Positions 25,782 through 38,499 of a DNA stretch of 64,000 bases are shown here, piece after piece. The DNA is taken from the NCBI RefSeq assembly GCF_006345805.1, contig NW_021836139.1:1-64000 (forward strand), in the 5' to 3' direction. The DNA is from Octopus sinensis. Its lineage: Eukaryota. Positions within the stretch are counted from its first letter, which is position 1. Each line of letters opens with the position of its first letter. The notes beneath the pieces were generated by a model that was not told where the DNA came from, ran no database searches, and saw only the letters and a list, made by a program, of their open reading frames with translations. The translations under genes were made by a program, and so were the position numbers.

Positions 25782-26574
25782 ATATACATGCTGAATTATG
25801 GTTGAATTATGGTAAATATTTAATTTCTTAAACTCTTTTAGCTGTATGAAACAAATTTTGTTTTGAGAGTCTGAAAGGTGAATAAAAACGGTGTGTAGGT
25901 GGAAATACCTACATAGACACAGGTTATGGTTTTATATTGTCAAGAACATTTTGCTGTAAAGCAATTGAAACCTTTATCATTTAAACTAGCTATATCTAGC
26001 TCAGATATTCTACCTGCTTTTATGTTCAAAATGGCCAGATCCAAGATCTCACACCTACCCTACAATGTCATGCTTACAAAGTTAAATCTTGACGCCATAA
26101 GACAAAGGGGTGAAGACCCCCTTCAGTCATGAATGACCATAGGATTGCACCTACAAAGTTCCCCTCTGAGGCACAAGTCCAGGCAAAGTTGTTTATGGAA
26201 GACCAGCAGTCACTCATGCACACCAGCCTCACCTCTCCATGTCACCAATATTACAGACAAGAATAATCTGAATGCTAAAGAGTTAAAAATTATAACCAAG
26301 CCTTAAGACTTACACCAGTTCCTGCCCTGGAACACTTGTTTGAACTATTTTCAGTATAGTTATAATGAGATTCAGAATAATATAGATTGCGATATACATT
26401 AAGAGCTAAATGCATTTAATGTTCTCTATAATCACTCAATATACTTAACGTAGTAGCCATATTTTTGGTCTCTCAAACCAAAGCAGTGACCATGTTTTAA
26501 GTCCAGTGTGATCAAGGTCACAAATACTAATAGAAAACTAACTAAATAAGGCTGATCAGATCAATAAATAATAA

Positions 26575-27725
26575 TTCAGTCTTCTACTGGTATAAGGCCT
26601 GAAGTTTTGAGGGAGGAGTCTAATTGATTAGATAAACGCCAGTGCTTAATTGGTACTTGTTTTATCTACCCAAAAATGATAAGAGACAAGGTTAGTCCCT
26701 GCAGAATTTTAACTCAGAACATAAAGATGGAAAAAATATCACTAAGCATTTTGTCTGGTATGTGGACGATTCTGTCATCTCACCTGCTTAGATAACAATA
26801 TTTATAACAGTAATAAGGCAACAAGCTGGTAGAAACGTTAGCACACCGGGTGAAATGCTAAGTGGAAATTCGTCTGTCTTTACTTTGTGAATTCAAATTC
26901 CGCTGAGGTCAACTTTGCCTTTCATCCTTCCAGGGTCAATAAATAGAGCACCAGATGTGTACTGAGGACGATCTAATAGACTGCCCCGCCAACCAAAAAA
27001 TTTTGGGCCTTATGCCTAGAGTAGAAAAGATTCTTACTAACCATTCTTTTTAAAGGCAGTGAGCTGGTAGAAATGTTAGCAGGCCAGGTGAAATGCTTAG
27101 CACTATTTTGTCTGTCTTTACGCTCTGAGTTCAAGTTCTGCCAAGGTTGACTTTGCCTTTCATCTTTTTGGGGTCGATAAATTAAGTACCAGTTGTGTAC
27201 TGGGGTTGATCTAAATGACTGGCATCCTCCCGAAAAATTTTGGCTCTTGTGTCTAGAATAGAAAAGAATATTAATAACAGTAATTCTTCCTAGTTTTTTA
27301 CTCCGGGCCAGCAATTTTGTGGGAGAGGAAGTTGATTACATCAATCACAATGCTCAACCGGTTCGTATTTTATCAACTCCAAGATGAAAGGAAAAGTTGA
27401 CCTAAGTGGTATTTGAACTCAGAACATAAAGCAAGAAAAATGTTGCAGAGAATTTTCTCCTGCATGCTAAAGAGTATACCAGCTTATCACCTGAGATCAA
27501 TAAATAATAATCTCTTCTGCTCTAGGTACAGGGCCTGAAATTTATGGGGAGGGGGCCAGTCAATTAGATTGACATCAGTACACAACTGGTACTTAATTAA
27601 TCAACCCTGAAAGGATGAAAGGCAAAGTCAACCATGGCAGTATTGGAACTCACAATGTAAAGACAGTCGAAATTCTGCTAAGCATTTCACCCAGCATGCT
27701 AACGTTTCTGCCAGTTCACCACCTT
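26575..27725. mobile_element. Cluster of five family A-type SINE copies (-,+,+,-,-)
   Basis: Copies at about 26575-26790 (-), 26818-27040 (+), 27053-27265 (+), 27310-27490 (-) and 27515-27725 (-). Confidence 0.75.
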
Positions 27726-28419
27726 CAATAAATGATAATACAATTATAACAGTACAGCATTCTATTCTGCCCACTTTTCTGCAGAAAGTAAGTACACTAC
27801 ATGTTAAACTACAGTTACACTACATATTAAAAGTGATTGAGCAGTGAAATCCAAATTCAAACTGAATAATAGATTTTTGGTTAGTCCTTAAGTATATAAA
27901 TTCGATTACCTTCACACCAAACAAAAAAAAACTCAGTTTAGCTAAAAGCTGCCTTATAAACACATACAGATACAAGGAAAAAACTTACAGGAGGATATAG
28001 AATCATCGTTTTCTTTTTAAACAATACCTTAAAGATTGATGTCCAAGTGTTAGGAGAAAGACACACAAATCTGTTTTCTTGCAGGTTTTGCGGGAAGATC
28101 ATGCAACTAGAATGCCTATAGATCTGATGAATTTGTTGAGATTCATTTAGTGTTTAGTTTGAACATCCGTGAAACCATTTGATGTCTGGATATTTGATGT
28201 TATGGGTATGAAGGGAATTATATATACATAATATATATATAGAAACATTATTATTTCTAAAACTCTCAAAGAGAGATATTCAGTAATAATACTTTAAAGT
28301 AAAGACTATTTGCCAACATAATGTGTGAAATTTAAAAATAATAATGTTTTTATTTATTAGATCAGTGACTGTGTGTCACTTTGAAAATTATATATTTTTG
28401 AATGGGAATTCAGTAGCAT

Positions 28420-28850
28420 CGTCTAACCAAGCAGCTACTCTATGCTGATAAAGAGCAATAACCCAGAAACCAGTACACATGTTGCTTTGTGCTGGATAGG
28501 GGTGCTGAGCTCCCCTGCTCGTAAATATAAGGACACAGATATTGTGTCGTATAGCCAGCTGGAAACGTTTCCTGGGGCTAAACAACAGTAACACTCATCC
28601 TCTCCAGGACAACTACATTATGTTGGCAAATAGTCTTTATATTGCATCACATCACAACAATAAGATAGAACTATTTCACCTCAACAAGTCCTGCTCATTT
28701 TAGCATCATGCCAAGACACACAAGGGAAGAAAAAAATGTTATAACATTCAAATGGTTCCTGGGTGTATATCTTCAACAAATTCCAGATAAATCACCAACA
28801 CCCAGATACAGCTCTGTAAACAATAATGCTTTACTAAAATGGGCTTTAAT
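28420..28850 (+). mobile_element. Family G repeat ending in a CR1/L2-like LINE 3' coding remnant
   Basis: 5' part homologous to 11790-12060. The 3' part translates NYFTSTSPAHFSIMPRHTREEKNVITFKWFLGVYLQQIPDKSPTPRYSSVNNNALLKW, resembling the FKxxLDxxLxxIPDxP terminus of CR1-group LINEs. Confidence 0.55.
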
Positions 28851-28877
28851 GACTGTAATATGAAACATCATTAAGGC

Positions 28878-29330
28878 AGTGGCTAGCAGACTCATTAGCA
28901 TACCAGGCGGTATGCTTAGCGGTATTTTGTTCTAAAGGCGGTGATCTGGCAGAAACGCTAGCACGCTGGACGAAATGCGTAGCCGTATTTCGTCTGTCGT
29001 TACGTTCTGAGTTCAAATTCCGCTGATTTCAACTTTGCCTTTCATCTTTTCGGGGTCGATAAATTAAGTACCAGTTACGCACTGGGGTCGATGTAATCGA
29101 CTTAATACCTATGTCTGTCCTTATTTGTCCCATCTGTGTTTAGCCCCTTGTGGGTAATAAAGAAATAGGTATTTTGTTCATCTTCCCATTCTGAATCCAA
29201 ATTCTGCTGAGGTTGACCTTGCCTTTCATCCTCTCAGGGTCGATAGTATAAGTAACAGTTGAACACTGGGTAAATGTAATCACCTGCCCCTTCCCTGAAG
29301 TTGGTGGCCTTGTACCCAAATTTGAAACCA
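28878..29330 (+). mobile_element. Nested/tandem family A SINEs
   Basis: Head at 28878, complete copy at about 28937-29168, then a head-truncated copy starting ggtattttgttc. Confidence 0.8.
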
Positions 29331-29466
29331 GTATGAAACATCATTAGATGTCTTTTCTAGGTGGGGCTGTTAGCTTAGTCATGGCCTTGGCTAATTCTGA
29401 ATGAAACTAATTTAAGTATCTGAGTATCTAAGTTGTGCAATCTGCAAAGACCTGTGGAATAAAGTA

Positions 29467-29986
29467 CCGTAAATCCTCGAGTATAGTCCATCCTTGAGTA
29501 TAATATGCAGAGGATTTTTAGGGGGCTGTACCTCTGTAAAACCTAAACCTTGTGTATAATATGCACCCTTCCCTAACTTGAGTCATGCGTAATTAAGCTA
29601 GCAGCACCTAGTCGAAGAAACACTTCCGTGCATGCGTAATACAATAATGGTGATGTTCTTAACTGTTATATGGGAATGTAAATATGTTTGTAAATTGTTT
29701 TTGTTACATGTTATTCTGTCTTCTGAATACTTTTACTTTAATAAATATTGCTTACTGCAAGTTATGGGTAATTCTTTTATGACTTCATTGCTTTCAGGCT
29801 TAGCTTAGGGTATTTTCGCACCCAACATCACAAAATGCGTCTGAATAAACATTGCTGGACAGCAAATAGAGACTCGGACATTGTTTAGAAAAAAACTTCA
29901 TTTCTAACCTCGTATATAGTACGCACTAGGGATTTTGACCTTTAAATTTGGGGGAAAAAATGCGGATTATACTCGAGGATTTACAG
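29467..29986. mobile_element. Non-autonomous Tc1/mariner-superfamily MITE (pogo/Tc2-like termini), 520 bp
   Basis: TA|ccgtaaatcctcgagtata at the left end and tatactcgaggatttacag|TA at the right end: 19-bp TIR with one mismatch, TA duplication, no ORF. Confidence 0.88.
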
Positions 29987-32900
29987 TACATGAAAATAAG
30001 TAATGAAAATAGGATATGCTTGGAATCAAGAATGGCATCTAGCTGTATAAAACAACCTAGAGAAATTTATGTTCAGTCCTTACTCGCATTAAAAAGTGGA
30101 CATAAAAATGGTGAAGATGAAGATGATGATGATGGTTATATAGATTATATATTGTATAGACATGCTCTGATGAAACTATCCAACTGTGGATTATTTGTTT
30201 GCTGCTCACGAATGAGTGATATCATTTATAAATAGAAGGAAACAGAATTTTCTGTGGTATATCTGATTTAATTTCAATTCAACAACAAATCAGAGAATAA
30301 GAAAGAAATTAAATAACTGCAAATAATATAGCCTGAAGTGTTCTTATACATGTTATCAATAATTGAAGTACATTTAACAGAGAAGTGTCACTAAAAATAA
30401 GCCTCTTTCAGAAATTTGATTAAAACAGGCAGTTTAATGAATTTTTTGAGTTGTACACACACGCATACATGTGCACACACACACAAGCACTCATACATAC
30501 ATACATACATAGATACATATATATATATATGCACAGAGAGACATAAATTGTTTTATGTCAATACTGTAGATATATTTCCATACACATCAGTAAACACACT
30601 CATGATGATGAAGATGATGATGATGATGTTGATGATATACATATGTAGCTATAATATATATGTCCATATGTGTCTGTATACATGTATGTATATGTGTGTG
30701 TGTATATATATACATATACACATACAGAGATGCAAGCATAGACACACACACACTCACACGCGCAAACATATATACAACAATAAACATACGGAAAATTATA
30801 TGTATTACTCTACTCTATATAAAGTTTTGTATGTGTAGTTCACCTGTACATACCTATGTGTATTTGTTTATTCATGTGTGAGTATAATTTTATGTATGTA
30901 TGTATGAATGTATGTAATAGAGCATTGAAACTATCATAACTTTGATATATTGAAAGGAATGAAATCCTAAATTGAAGTTAAATCACATTTTAGCAATCTA
31001 TCTGATTTGATTTGTCTCTTATTAAATCCAAAGAATCCAATAGCTATCTGCTTTACTTTATTTTTAATCTGCAATTCACTGGAGCAAGACAAGAGAAACA
31101 TGCATTTTAATTCAACAAATGCCACAAGGAAGACTTTTTCAGGTAAAATAACGAATGTAAATAAACAAAAAAAAAAAAAATAATAATAATAATAAAACTG
31201 CAATATATTGACATAACTTCCAGTCAAACAAAAATTCATACATTGCATGGGGATCTCATTGAAAACTTTAAAAATTATAGATGTTGAGATCAATCATTAG
31301 AACTAAAATTAATTTAAGTTTGACTTAAGGAAAGCCAATGTGTCACAAGTGCCGAAGTTATTGGGGTACAAATATAACAGAAACAGAATCAATATTTAAT
31401 ATCTTTTCATCGTTAATACCCATACAATACTGTGTACTCTTGAAAGAAACTCAACTCTTGCAACCTTAGCACACCTAGTTGTAAGTAGGTACAGTTCATT
31501 GTGAAATTTTGGAGAATACTCTCAGAATGATTCCTTTGAATTCAGTCACAGAAAATGCTTTGTAGTGTTTATTCTTGCTCTTTACATTCTGAGTTCAAAC
31601 CCTGCTAAGGCCAACTTTGTTATTCATCCTTAAAGTGTCAATAAAATAAAGTTCCAGTGAAGTACTGAGGTTGAAGTTACCTTTTCAAAATTGCTGGCCT
31701 TGTGCCTCAATCGTTATAATCATTATTTATTGCTGACAGTTTTAAGACCTGTAAAATTTTTCTGTGATTATTCTCAATGAAACTGAAGAAATTAATGTTT
31801 TGTTTTCATTTTATTTCACACAGGGAACCTTAGTGAACATTTTTGAATGCCTAAATCTCAATGTGGTTAGACAATAGAGAATAGTTTTTAAAATATCACT
31901 ATTTTTCTATCAAGAGCTAAGATAAAAATGGCTTCTTTTTCCTCTGGATATGCTAAGAAAGAGATTATAGTAAGTAAAAGCAACGATAACCCCCACCATG
32001 TAGAAAGAAACAAAGTGTAAAGTAAGTTTAATGAACACACAAGCAACAGGTAGAAAAGACAAGAAATAATACTCCACGAACAAAAACAGTATAATAGCAT
32101 ATTGTCAACAACAACTGGACAAACTTAAATAAAAATCCTTAAATGTTATCTTTCACAAATGCCACAGAACAAGAACCTTTCAATGAGGAACATTTTACTG
32201 AAGGAAGAAATCTTGTGGGCATTATGTTCCTGAGACAGACATTACCCTATCATATGCCATTATAGATGTGTACAAAAGAAGGAAAGTAATATACCTGTGC
32301 TTTATCAAAGTCACAAAGTGTTCCTTTTCACTATTCAAGGAAGACAGGGAATCTGCCTTGGTCGCTATTTTAAGTGAAATCCCCTTTATTAGCAGAGTAG
32401 GGTGTATATGATATCATGTGTCATTGTCATGAACAGATACCTTTAATCCTTTTCTTGATAAAATATGTACCATTTGAGTATTGGTGTCAATGAAATTGAC
32501 TAACCACCTCCCCTGAAATTGCTGGACTTGTGACAAAATTTGAAACCGCTATTATTATTATTATTATTGTTGTTGTTGTTATTACTATTATTATTGTTAA
32601 TTCTAAAAAAATATTGTTGTTGTTTTTTGCCTTGGGGAGATGGTTTTACTTCAGTCTATGAATAACATTTTGTCAAGTTTCATAAAAATTGGATTACTCT
32701 TTGTGTGTGATATTGCATGAAGTGATTACTCAAGATTGTGAGGGTTTTTCATTTACCCTTTTTTTCTTACATTTTTGTGGTACAAAAGCATATAGAAAAC
32801 ATCTTTTTTGCTCTCCAGCATTCATTACAAATTGCTGACACACCCACTCAATAAATAAAACCGTTTGCGCAGACAACACAAAAACCGAATAAGATTATAA

Positions 32901-33164
32901 ATAAAATATGAACATGAAAAAAATATATAATGATGTGTTTGATGTTTGTGACACAAATAAGAGTTTAGTGGAAGACTCATACAACAATAACAAATACAAC
33001 AGCAACAATTGCAACAAGCACAGCTTTTCACACATTCATTTGCTAATGTTAGATATAACAGGGGAATTCTGGATTTTGAGCAAGCTACAGTTGGAGACAT
33101 CACATTGTATCATGATGATATCTTTTTTGTAGACCTTATATTCCTCACAAAATAAAATAAAATA

Positions 33165-33427
33165 AAATAAAAATAAATGCGCCCTTTTAAAGCCTAGCCA
33201 GGCTCATGGGCCCGGTTTCTTGGTTTCAATGGCGTATGTGTTCCCCAGCTGGATGGGACACCAGTCCATCGCAGCGTTACTCATTTTTGCCAGCTGAGTG
33301 GACTGGAGCAATGTCAAATGAAGTGTTTTGCTCAAGAACCCAATGTGTCACCATGGTCCAGGAATCGAAACCGCAATCTTACAATCATGATGCTGACACC
33401 CTAACCACTAAGCCACGTGCCTCCACT
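33165..33427 (-). mobile_element. Family D tRNA-derived SINE
   Basis: Homologous to 24090-24325, with an (ATTTT)n tail. Confidence 0.85.
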
Positions 33428-34167
33428 CCTCACAAAATGGGAAAGCTAATTGCTGGAGTATATATATATCTCACAAAAAAAAAGAAAAATAAGAGACAGA
33501 GCCTGTGTGCTCTCTAAATATGAATTGAATCTGATCTCCATTTTGCTTTAACTCTATTCTAGTTGTCTAGAATTTTCTGAAATTAATGAAATCTAATTAA
33601 TATAACACATTTACTTCTGTCATTTTGACAATATTACTCTTTATCAATACACTAATCACCTTTTAGATTCCTTCTCTTCCTTAGATTGTATTCCTTAAAA
33701 CTTCTCTCCCTACACAGATATTAGATACAATAAAGAACCGATAGCAACCCATAGAAAGCATTAACTGCACTCTCTTCATTTTCATAATCTATATCCCCCA
33801 CCCCACCCCACTCCACCAATCAATGATGATGTTAAAATAATATGAATCTGATTGTTGTTTATAATTTTTTCTCAGACAATAAATAAATATGCAATAACAT
33901 TAAATCTATAATATTTGAAGAGAATAAGTCCAGCTGTGAAATTGCTAATTAGTAAATCACAAAGAAACCAAATTAGCCATGTATATTTCTGTGTAGATTC
34001 AATTGTTGCCTGCTATTCTTGCTGCACATAATAACTGTATTTACCATGAGTAAAAGTAAAAACAGACATGAACAACACTCACATATATTGGCAATCATGT
34101 TAAAGAACTTGTTAATTATGGGCAGAAAGTATTATTAAAGTTGTATAAGCAGCAAAATGTAAATTAC

Positions 34168-34266
34168 CAACAGGCTGCCTTCAAAAACTAAACATCTATC
34201 TAGCTTAGAGATCAAGAATTTTGATGCCATCAGCAATATTATATCAAAGAAGCTTTGGCCTAGTCT
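34168..34266 (-). CDS. Candidate exon RLGQSFFDIILLMASKFLISKLDRCLVFEGSLL
   Basis: Acceptor atctcttctccgctacag, donor gtaatt, 99 nt, phase 0-0. A competing open frame exists on the plus strand. Confidence 0.33.
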
Positions 34267-34735
34267 CTGTAGCGGAGAAGAGATATTTTGGAGAAATGCA
34301 GTTCAGTTTGCTGATGTAGGCAGTAAGAATTCTGCATAATGAATGGTTTGTTAGCTAAAGGCATCTGCTCTAATCTCCTCAAGTCTTTGAGGAAAGTAAA
34401 CAGAAACTATTCCAGTTTCCAGTTCATGCTCCACTGAATTATTAAGCAAAGTTGTAGCAGTCTTCGATAATGGCACAATGTTCCAATTTGGTTGTTGGTT
34501 GAGAAATACATGAAGATAGATCTAGAGTAAAGATGTCATGAGTGCAGTGTCAGAAATTAATGCTTGGTCTCAGTTCAGCCTTGGTTTGAGTATATCTATG
34601 ACCAATGGCGGCGAGCTGTCTTGGAGAAATCAGGTGTCTTGGAGAAATTTCGAACTTGGGTTCTCATTCCTAAGGTATTTTTTGATGTGGTTGTTATTAT
34701 TTTCCCAGGCAGTGACCTGAATAATAATAATAATA

Positions 34736-35432
34736 ATGGTAATGAAAAGAAATATTACAAGTAACTGCAGAATATGTGGAGATGGACAAGAAACAATAAA
34801 TCATATTATCTCTAACTGCCCAGTCCTGGCTAAGAAGGAATATATTCACAGACATGACAGAGTTGGAACCTACATACATTGGAAGCTATGCCAACATTAT
34901 GGAATAACAACAGAAAAAAGATGGTATAGGCACACACCAGAAAAGGTCACAGAAAACGAGAAAGCAACCATACTCTGGGATATGCCGATACACACAGATA
35001 GAGAAATTAAGGCCAACAGACCAGATATAGTTGTCAGAGATCATGAAGAAAAAAAATGCTTTCTAATTGATGTATCAATACCGGCAGATGACAACGTGTC
35101 TCTAAAAGAAATGGAGAAACTCTCAAAATACAAAGACCTGGAAATAGAGGTAACTAGAATGTGGAATCTGAAAACAGAAACAATTCCTATCATAGTAGGT
35201 GCATTAGGCATGATAAAAAAATATTCAGACAAATACATAACAAAAACACCAGGACTTACAAACACATATAACATACAGAAAATTGCACTACTAGGCACTG
35301 CACACATCCTACGCAGAACACTTTCCATACAATAACCATCAGAGCATCACAACAAATCACAGCACACACCCAAGGCACACAGAGCTGCGCTCGGTAGTGA
35401 AGTGAAAGCACGCTATAAAAATAAAACTACTG
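34736..35432 (+). mobile_element. 5'-truncated R4/Dong-type non-LTR retrotransposon (CCHC finger plus restriction-like endonuclease)
   Basis: ORF 34736-35335 has CRICGDGQETINHIISNC, RHD, WD..IHTDREIKANRPDIVV..IDVSIP, KLSKYKDL and IIVGALG motifs. A short 3' UTR follows, then (TAA)n; (AAT)n also lies directly upstream. Confidence 0.88.
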
Positions 35433-35437
35433 AATGA

Positions 35438-35472
<35 letters not shown>

Positions 35473-35489
35473 TTAACAATAATAATAAC

Positions 35490-35541
<52 letters not shown>
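35438..35541. repeat. (TAA)n microsatellite
   Basis: Direct inspection. Confidence 0.95.
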
Positions 35542-35543
<2 letters not shown>

Positions 35544-35617
35544 GTTCAGCCTTGATTTGAGTATATCTATGACCAAGATTGTTCAGCCTTGATTTGAGTA
35601 TATCTATGACCAAGGGC

Positions 35618-35845
35618 AATGAGCTGGCAGAAACGTTTGCACGCCAGACAAAATGCTTAGCGGTATTTCTTCTGTTGTTATGTTCTGAGTTCAAATTCTG
35701 CCAAGGTCGACTTGCCTTTCATCCTTTCAGGTTCGATTAAGTAAGTACCAGTTACGCACTGAAGGTTGATGTAATCGACTTAATCCCTTTGTCTGTCCTT
35801 GTTTGTCCCCTCTGTGTGTAGCCCCTTGTGGGCAGTAAAAGAAAT
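35618..35845 (+). mobile_element. Family A SINE
   Basis: Family A head through tail. Confidence 0.88.
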
Positions 35846-37222
35846 AAAATTGTTCCAGCATGATTGCCTCAAAATTTATTCTGACCAAAGTGTACTTAGG
35901 ACTACACTAACAAATATATTCCAGAGTTGTTTTTGTTTTGTTTTTTCTTTCCTTTTGTGTGGGGTAAATAGCTGTGTATGATTTGTAACAGAATTTGCTA
36001 ATATTTCTAGCATGTCAAGTGTCCACAAAGAGGGTCCCTTGTTGGCTCGAACAATGAAGAGTAGAAGTGATTGTTGATCATTGAGAAGGCCCTACGAAGA
36101 CACACTCAGGTTAGATCAGAAATTACTAACCCTCAAAAAGATAGGTTTGAGACATGGAAAGATAATGTACTACAAAACATCATATGTTATCATAGAAAAA
36201 CAGAATAAAATGATTACAATGATAATGATGAAGAGAAGAAGGAGGAAGAGGTGATGATAGTGGTGGTGGTGGTGGTGGAAGGGGCAGTGGTAGTAGTGAT
36301 GTGTGTTGGGGAGAAGGAGGAAGAGGTTATTAATGATGATGATCGTGATTATTATCATGGTCAGGAGTTTAAAAATATTTCCTTTCATCACTTTGTCTGA
36401 ATCTGTACTATTGGACTCAGAAATTGGCAAAACCAGATGAAAAAATAATAAAGAAGAGAAATAAATAGATAAATAAACTAAACAAATGAGTAAATAATAA
36501 ATAAATAAAATGTGAAAATATTTTGAGTTTAAGCCAAATGTGTTTATCAGAAGAGGTATCAATAATAATAATAATAAAAATTAGAAAGATGAATTATGGA
36601 AGAGAACGATAATTTAGAAATTGTTGTTAAGCAGTTTTATTGTTAAAATTTCAAACGATATATGAAAGAAACAACATAACAAACAATTAAAATAATAAGA
36701 AAACAATATTAACAAATAAACAACAAAATGGGAAGCAAAAGAAGTACTAAAATAACATTAAAAAAAAACATCAAAAAAGAACAAAATAGACAAAATCAGA
36801 TAGTCATAAAACACTCATTATTTGTGGGTGAGATACTTGATAAATGTGGTTTTGATATTATTTCACTTGGCTTAACCAGAGAACCTGTCTGTCTCTGGTA
36901 TTAGATATGATAATTAAATAACAGACATGCAACAGCAGAAATGTAAAAAAAAAATGTTTACGCCTCTCACACTGTTGCCATTCATTTGTACTCCGGTGTC
37001 TCTCATAAAAGTGTTTTCATATTCATAGCAAAAAAAAACAAAAAAAAAACAGAAACAAAACAGTAAAGAAAATTATGTAATGTTGTCCATCATTGACATA
37101 ATCATCATCGTCATCATCATCATCGTTATCATTGTTGTTGATGTCATCTCTGTCATCATTATTGTCTTCAGGTTCTCAGGCTACCTTCCACACCTTTAAT
37201 TATCATCATCGTCACCACCACC

Positions 37223-37292
<70 letters not shown>

Positions 37293-37644
37293 ATATCATC
37301 ACCATCGTCATCATCATTTTCACAGTTGTCACCATCAGTATCTTCCTCTTCACCAGGTTTATACAATCACCATACTTAACAAGGTGAAAAATTATTTTTT
37401 ACTACTTGTCTTTCACCATTCTGCATGCAACAACAGCAATACTAGATATCTAGTTGTTGCTAGTTGATCAGGCCAAAGCCGATCAAACTGAACTATGGTC
37501 AAAAGTATTCCAGTCATGATCCTTCTCTTTTTCTAAGTGCCAATGTCTGATTTCTGGGAGGTTTAGCTGCTATTTCTACCAGGTCTAACTACTATCTCTA
37601 TAGACACTCCCTCATTAGCTCACACTGTTTCTATTGGCATATAT

Positions 37645-37990
37645 GTACTCTTTTACTCTTTTACCCCACGACTTATTCTTTGTAAGCCTAGTACTTATTC
37701 TATCGGACTCTTTTGCCAAACCGCTAAGTTATGGGGACGTAAACACACCAGCATCGGTTGTCAAGCGATGTTGGAGGGAACAAACACAGACACACAAACA
37801 TACATACACACATATATACATATATACGATGGGCTTCTTTTAGTTTCCGTCTACCAAATCCACTCACAAGGCTTTGGTCAGCCCTAGGCTATATTAGAAG
37901 ACACTTGCTCCAGGTGCCACGCAGTGGAACTGAACCTGGAACCATGTGGTTGGTAAGCAAGTTATTTACTGCCCAGCCACTCCCACGCCT
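37645..37990 (-). mobile_element. Family B SINE
   Basis: Antisense family B copy. Confidence 0.85.
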
Positions 37991-38164
37991 ATGTATCAAA
38001 CAAGATTTGGATACTTCTTATTTCTCTTTCTCACTCTGCAACAGTTAGTGCTTTCAAATGGCATATCCAGTGTCCATATTCTGCTGTTAATTCACTCCAT
38101 TGATTGTTTCCCTTAATTTCCATGATCCGTTGAAATTACATATACTTGTTGTTGTTTTGTTTGT

Positions 38165-38440
38165 TCCTTCTCGAACCTGGTTTCCCGGTTTCCTTGGCGT
38201 ATAGATTCCCCCACCTGGATGGGACATCGGTCTGTCACAGGTGAGCTGCAAGATGCAGGAGGAAAGAGTGAGAGAAATTGTGGCGAAAGTGTCAGCAGAA
38301 GTTCGCCATTACCTTCTGCCAGAGCCGTGTGGAGCTTAGGTGTTTCGCTCATAAACACACACATCACCTGGTCTGAGATTCGAACCCACAATCCCTCAAC
38401 CGTGAGTCCACTGCTCTAACCACTAGGCTATGTGCCTCCA
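38165..38440 (-). mobile_element. tRNA-derived SINE, family E
   Basis: Antisense head gtggaggcacatagcctagtggttagagcagtggactcacgg..ggttcgaatctc with A/B-box-like motifs, followed by a non-tRNA body. Confidence 0.75.
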
Positions 38441-38499
38441 CACATATACTTACAACCTAAGTTTTATTTCTTACTAAATACTCTACATTTGAACCACAC

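Noticed and set aside
30994-31142. Plus-strand open exon-like segment (NLSDLICLLLNPKNPIAICFTLFLIC..) with a PKNPIA match to TMEM168
   Set aside because: Six-residue match only; the minus strand is also open, and no other TMEM168 segments were found in order.
32190-32400. Faint similarity to either an RT segment (VIYLCFIKVTK) or a piggyBac Cys-rich tail
   Set aside because: Too degenerate; two incompatible readings fit equally poorly.
37132-37467. Poly-His ORF, also the poly-Leu/Ser/Lys ORFs at 44340-44753
   Set aside because: Trinucleotide microsatellite translations without coding context.
38340-38440. tRNA-like sequences here and at 24240-24325, 33340-33427, 38750-38828 and 12937-13010
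   Set aside because: They are SINE heads: A/B-box-like motifs run into SINE bodies, and I could not fold a complete cloverleaf.
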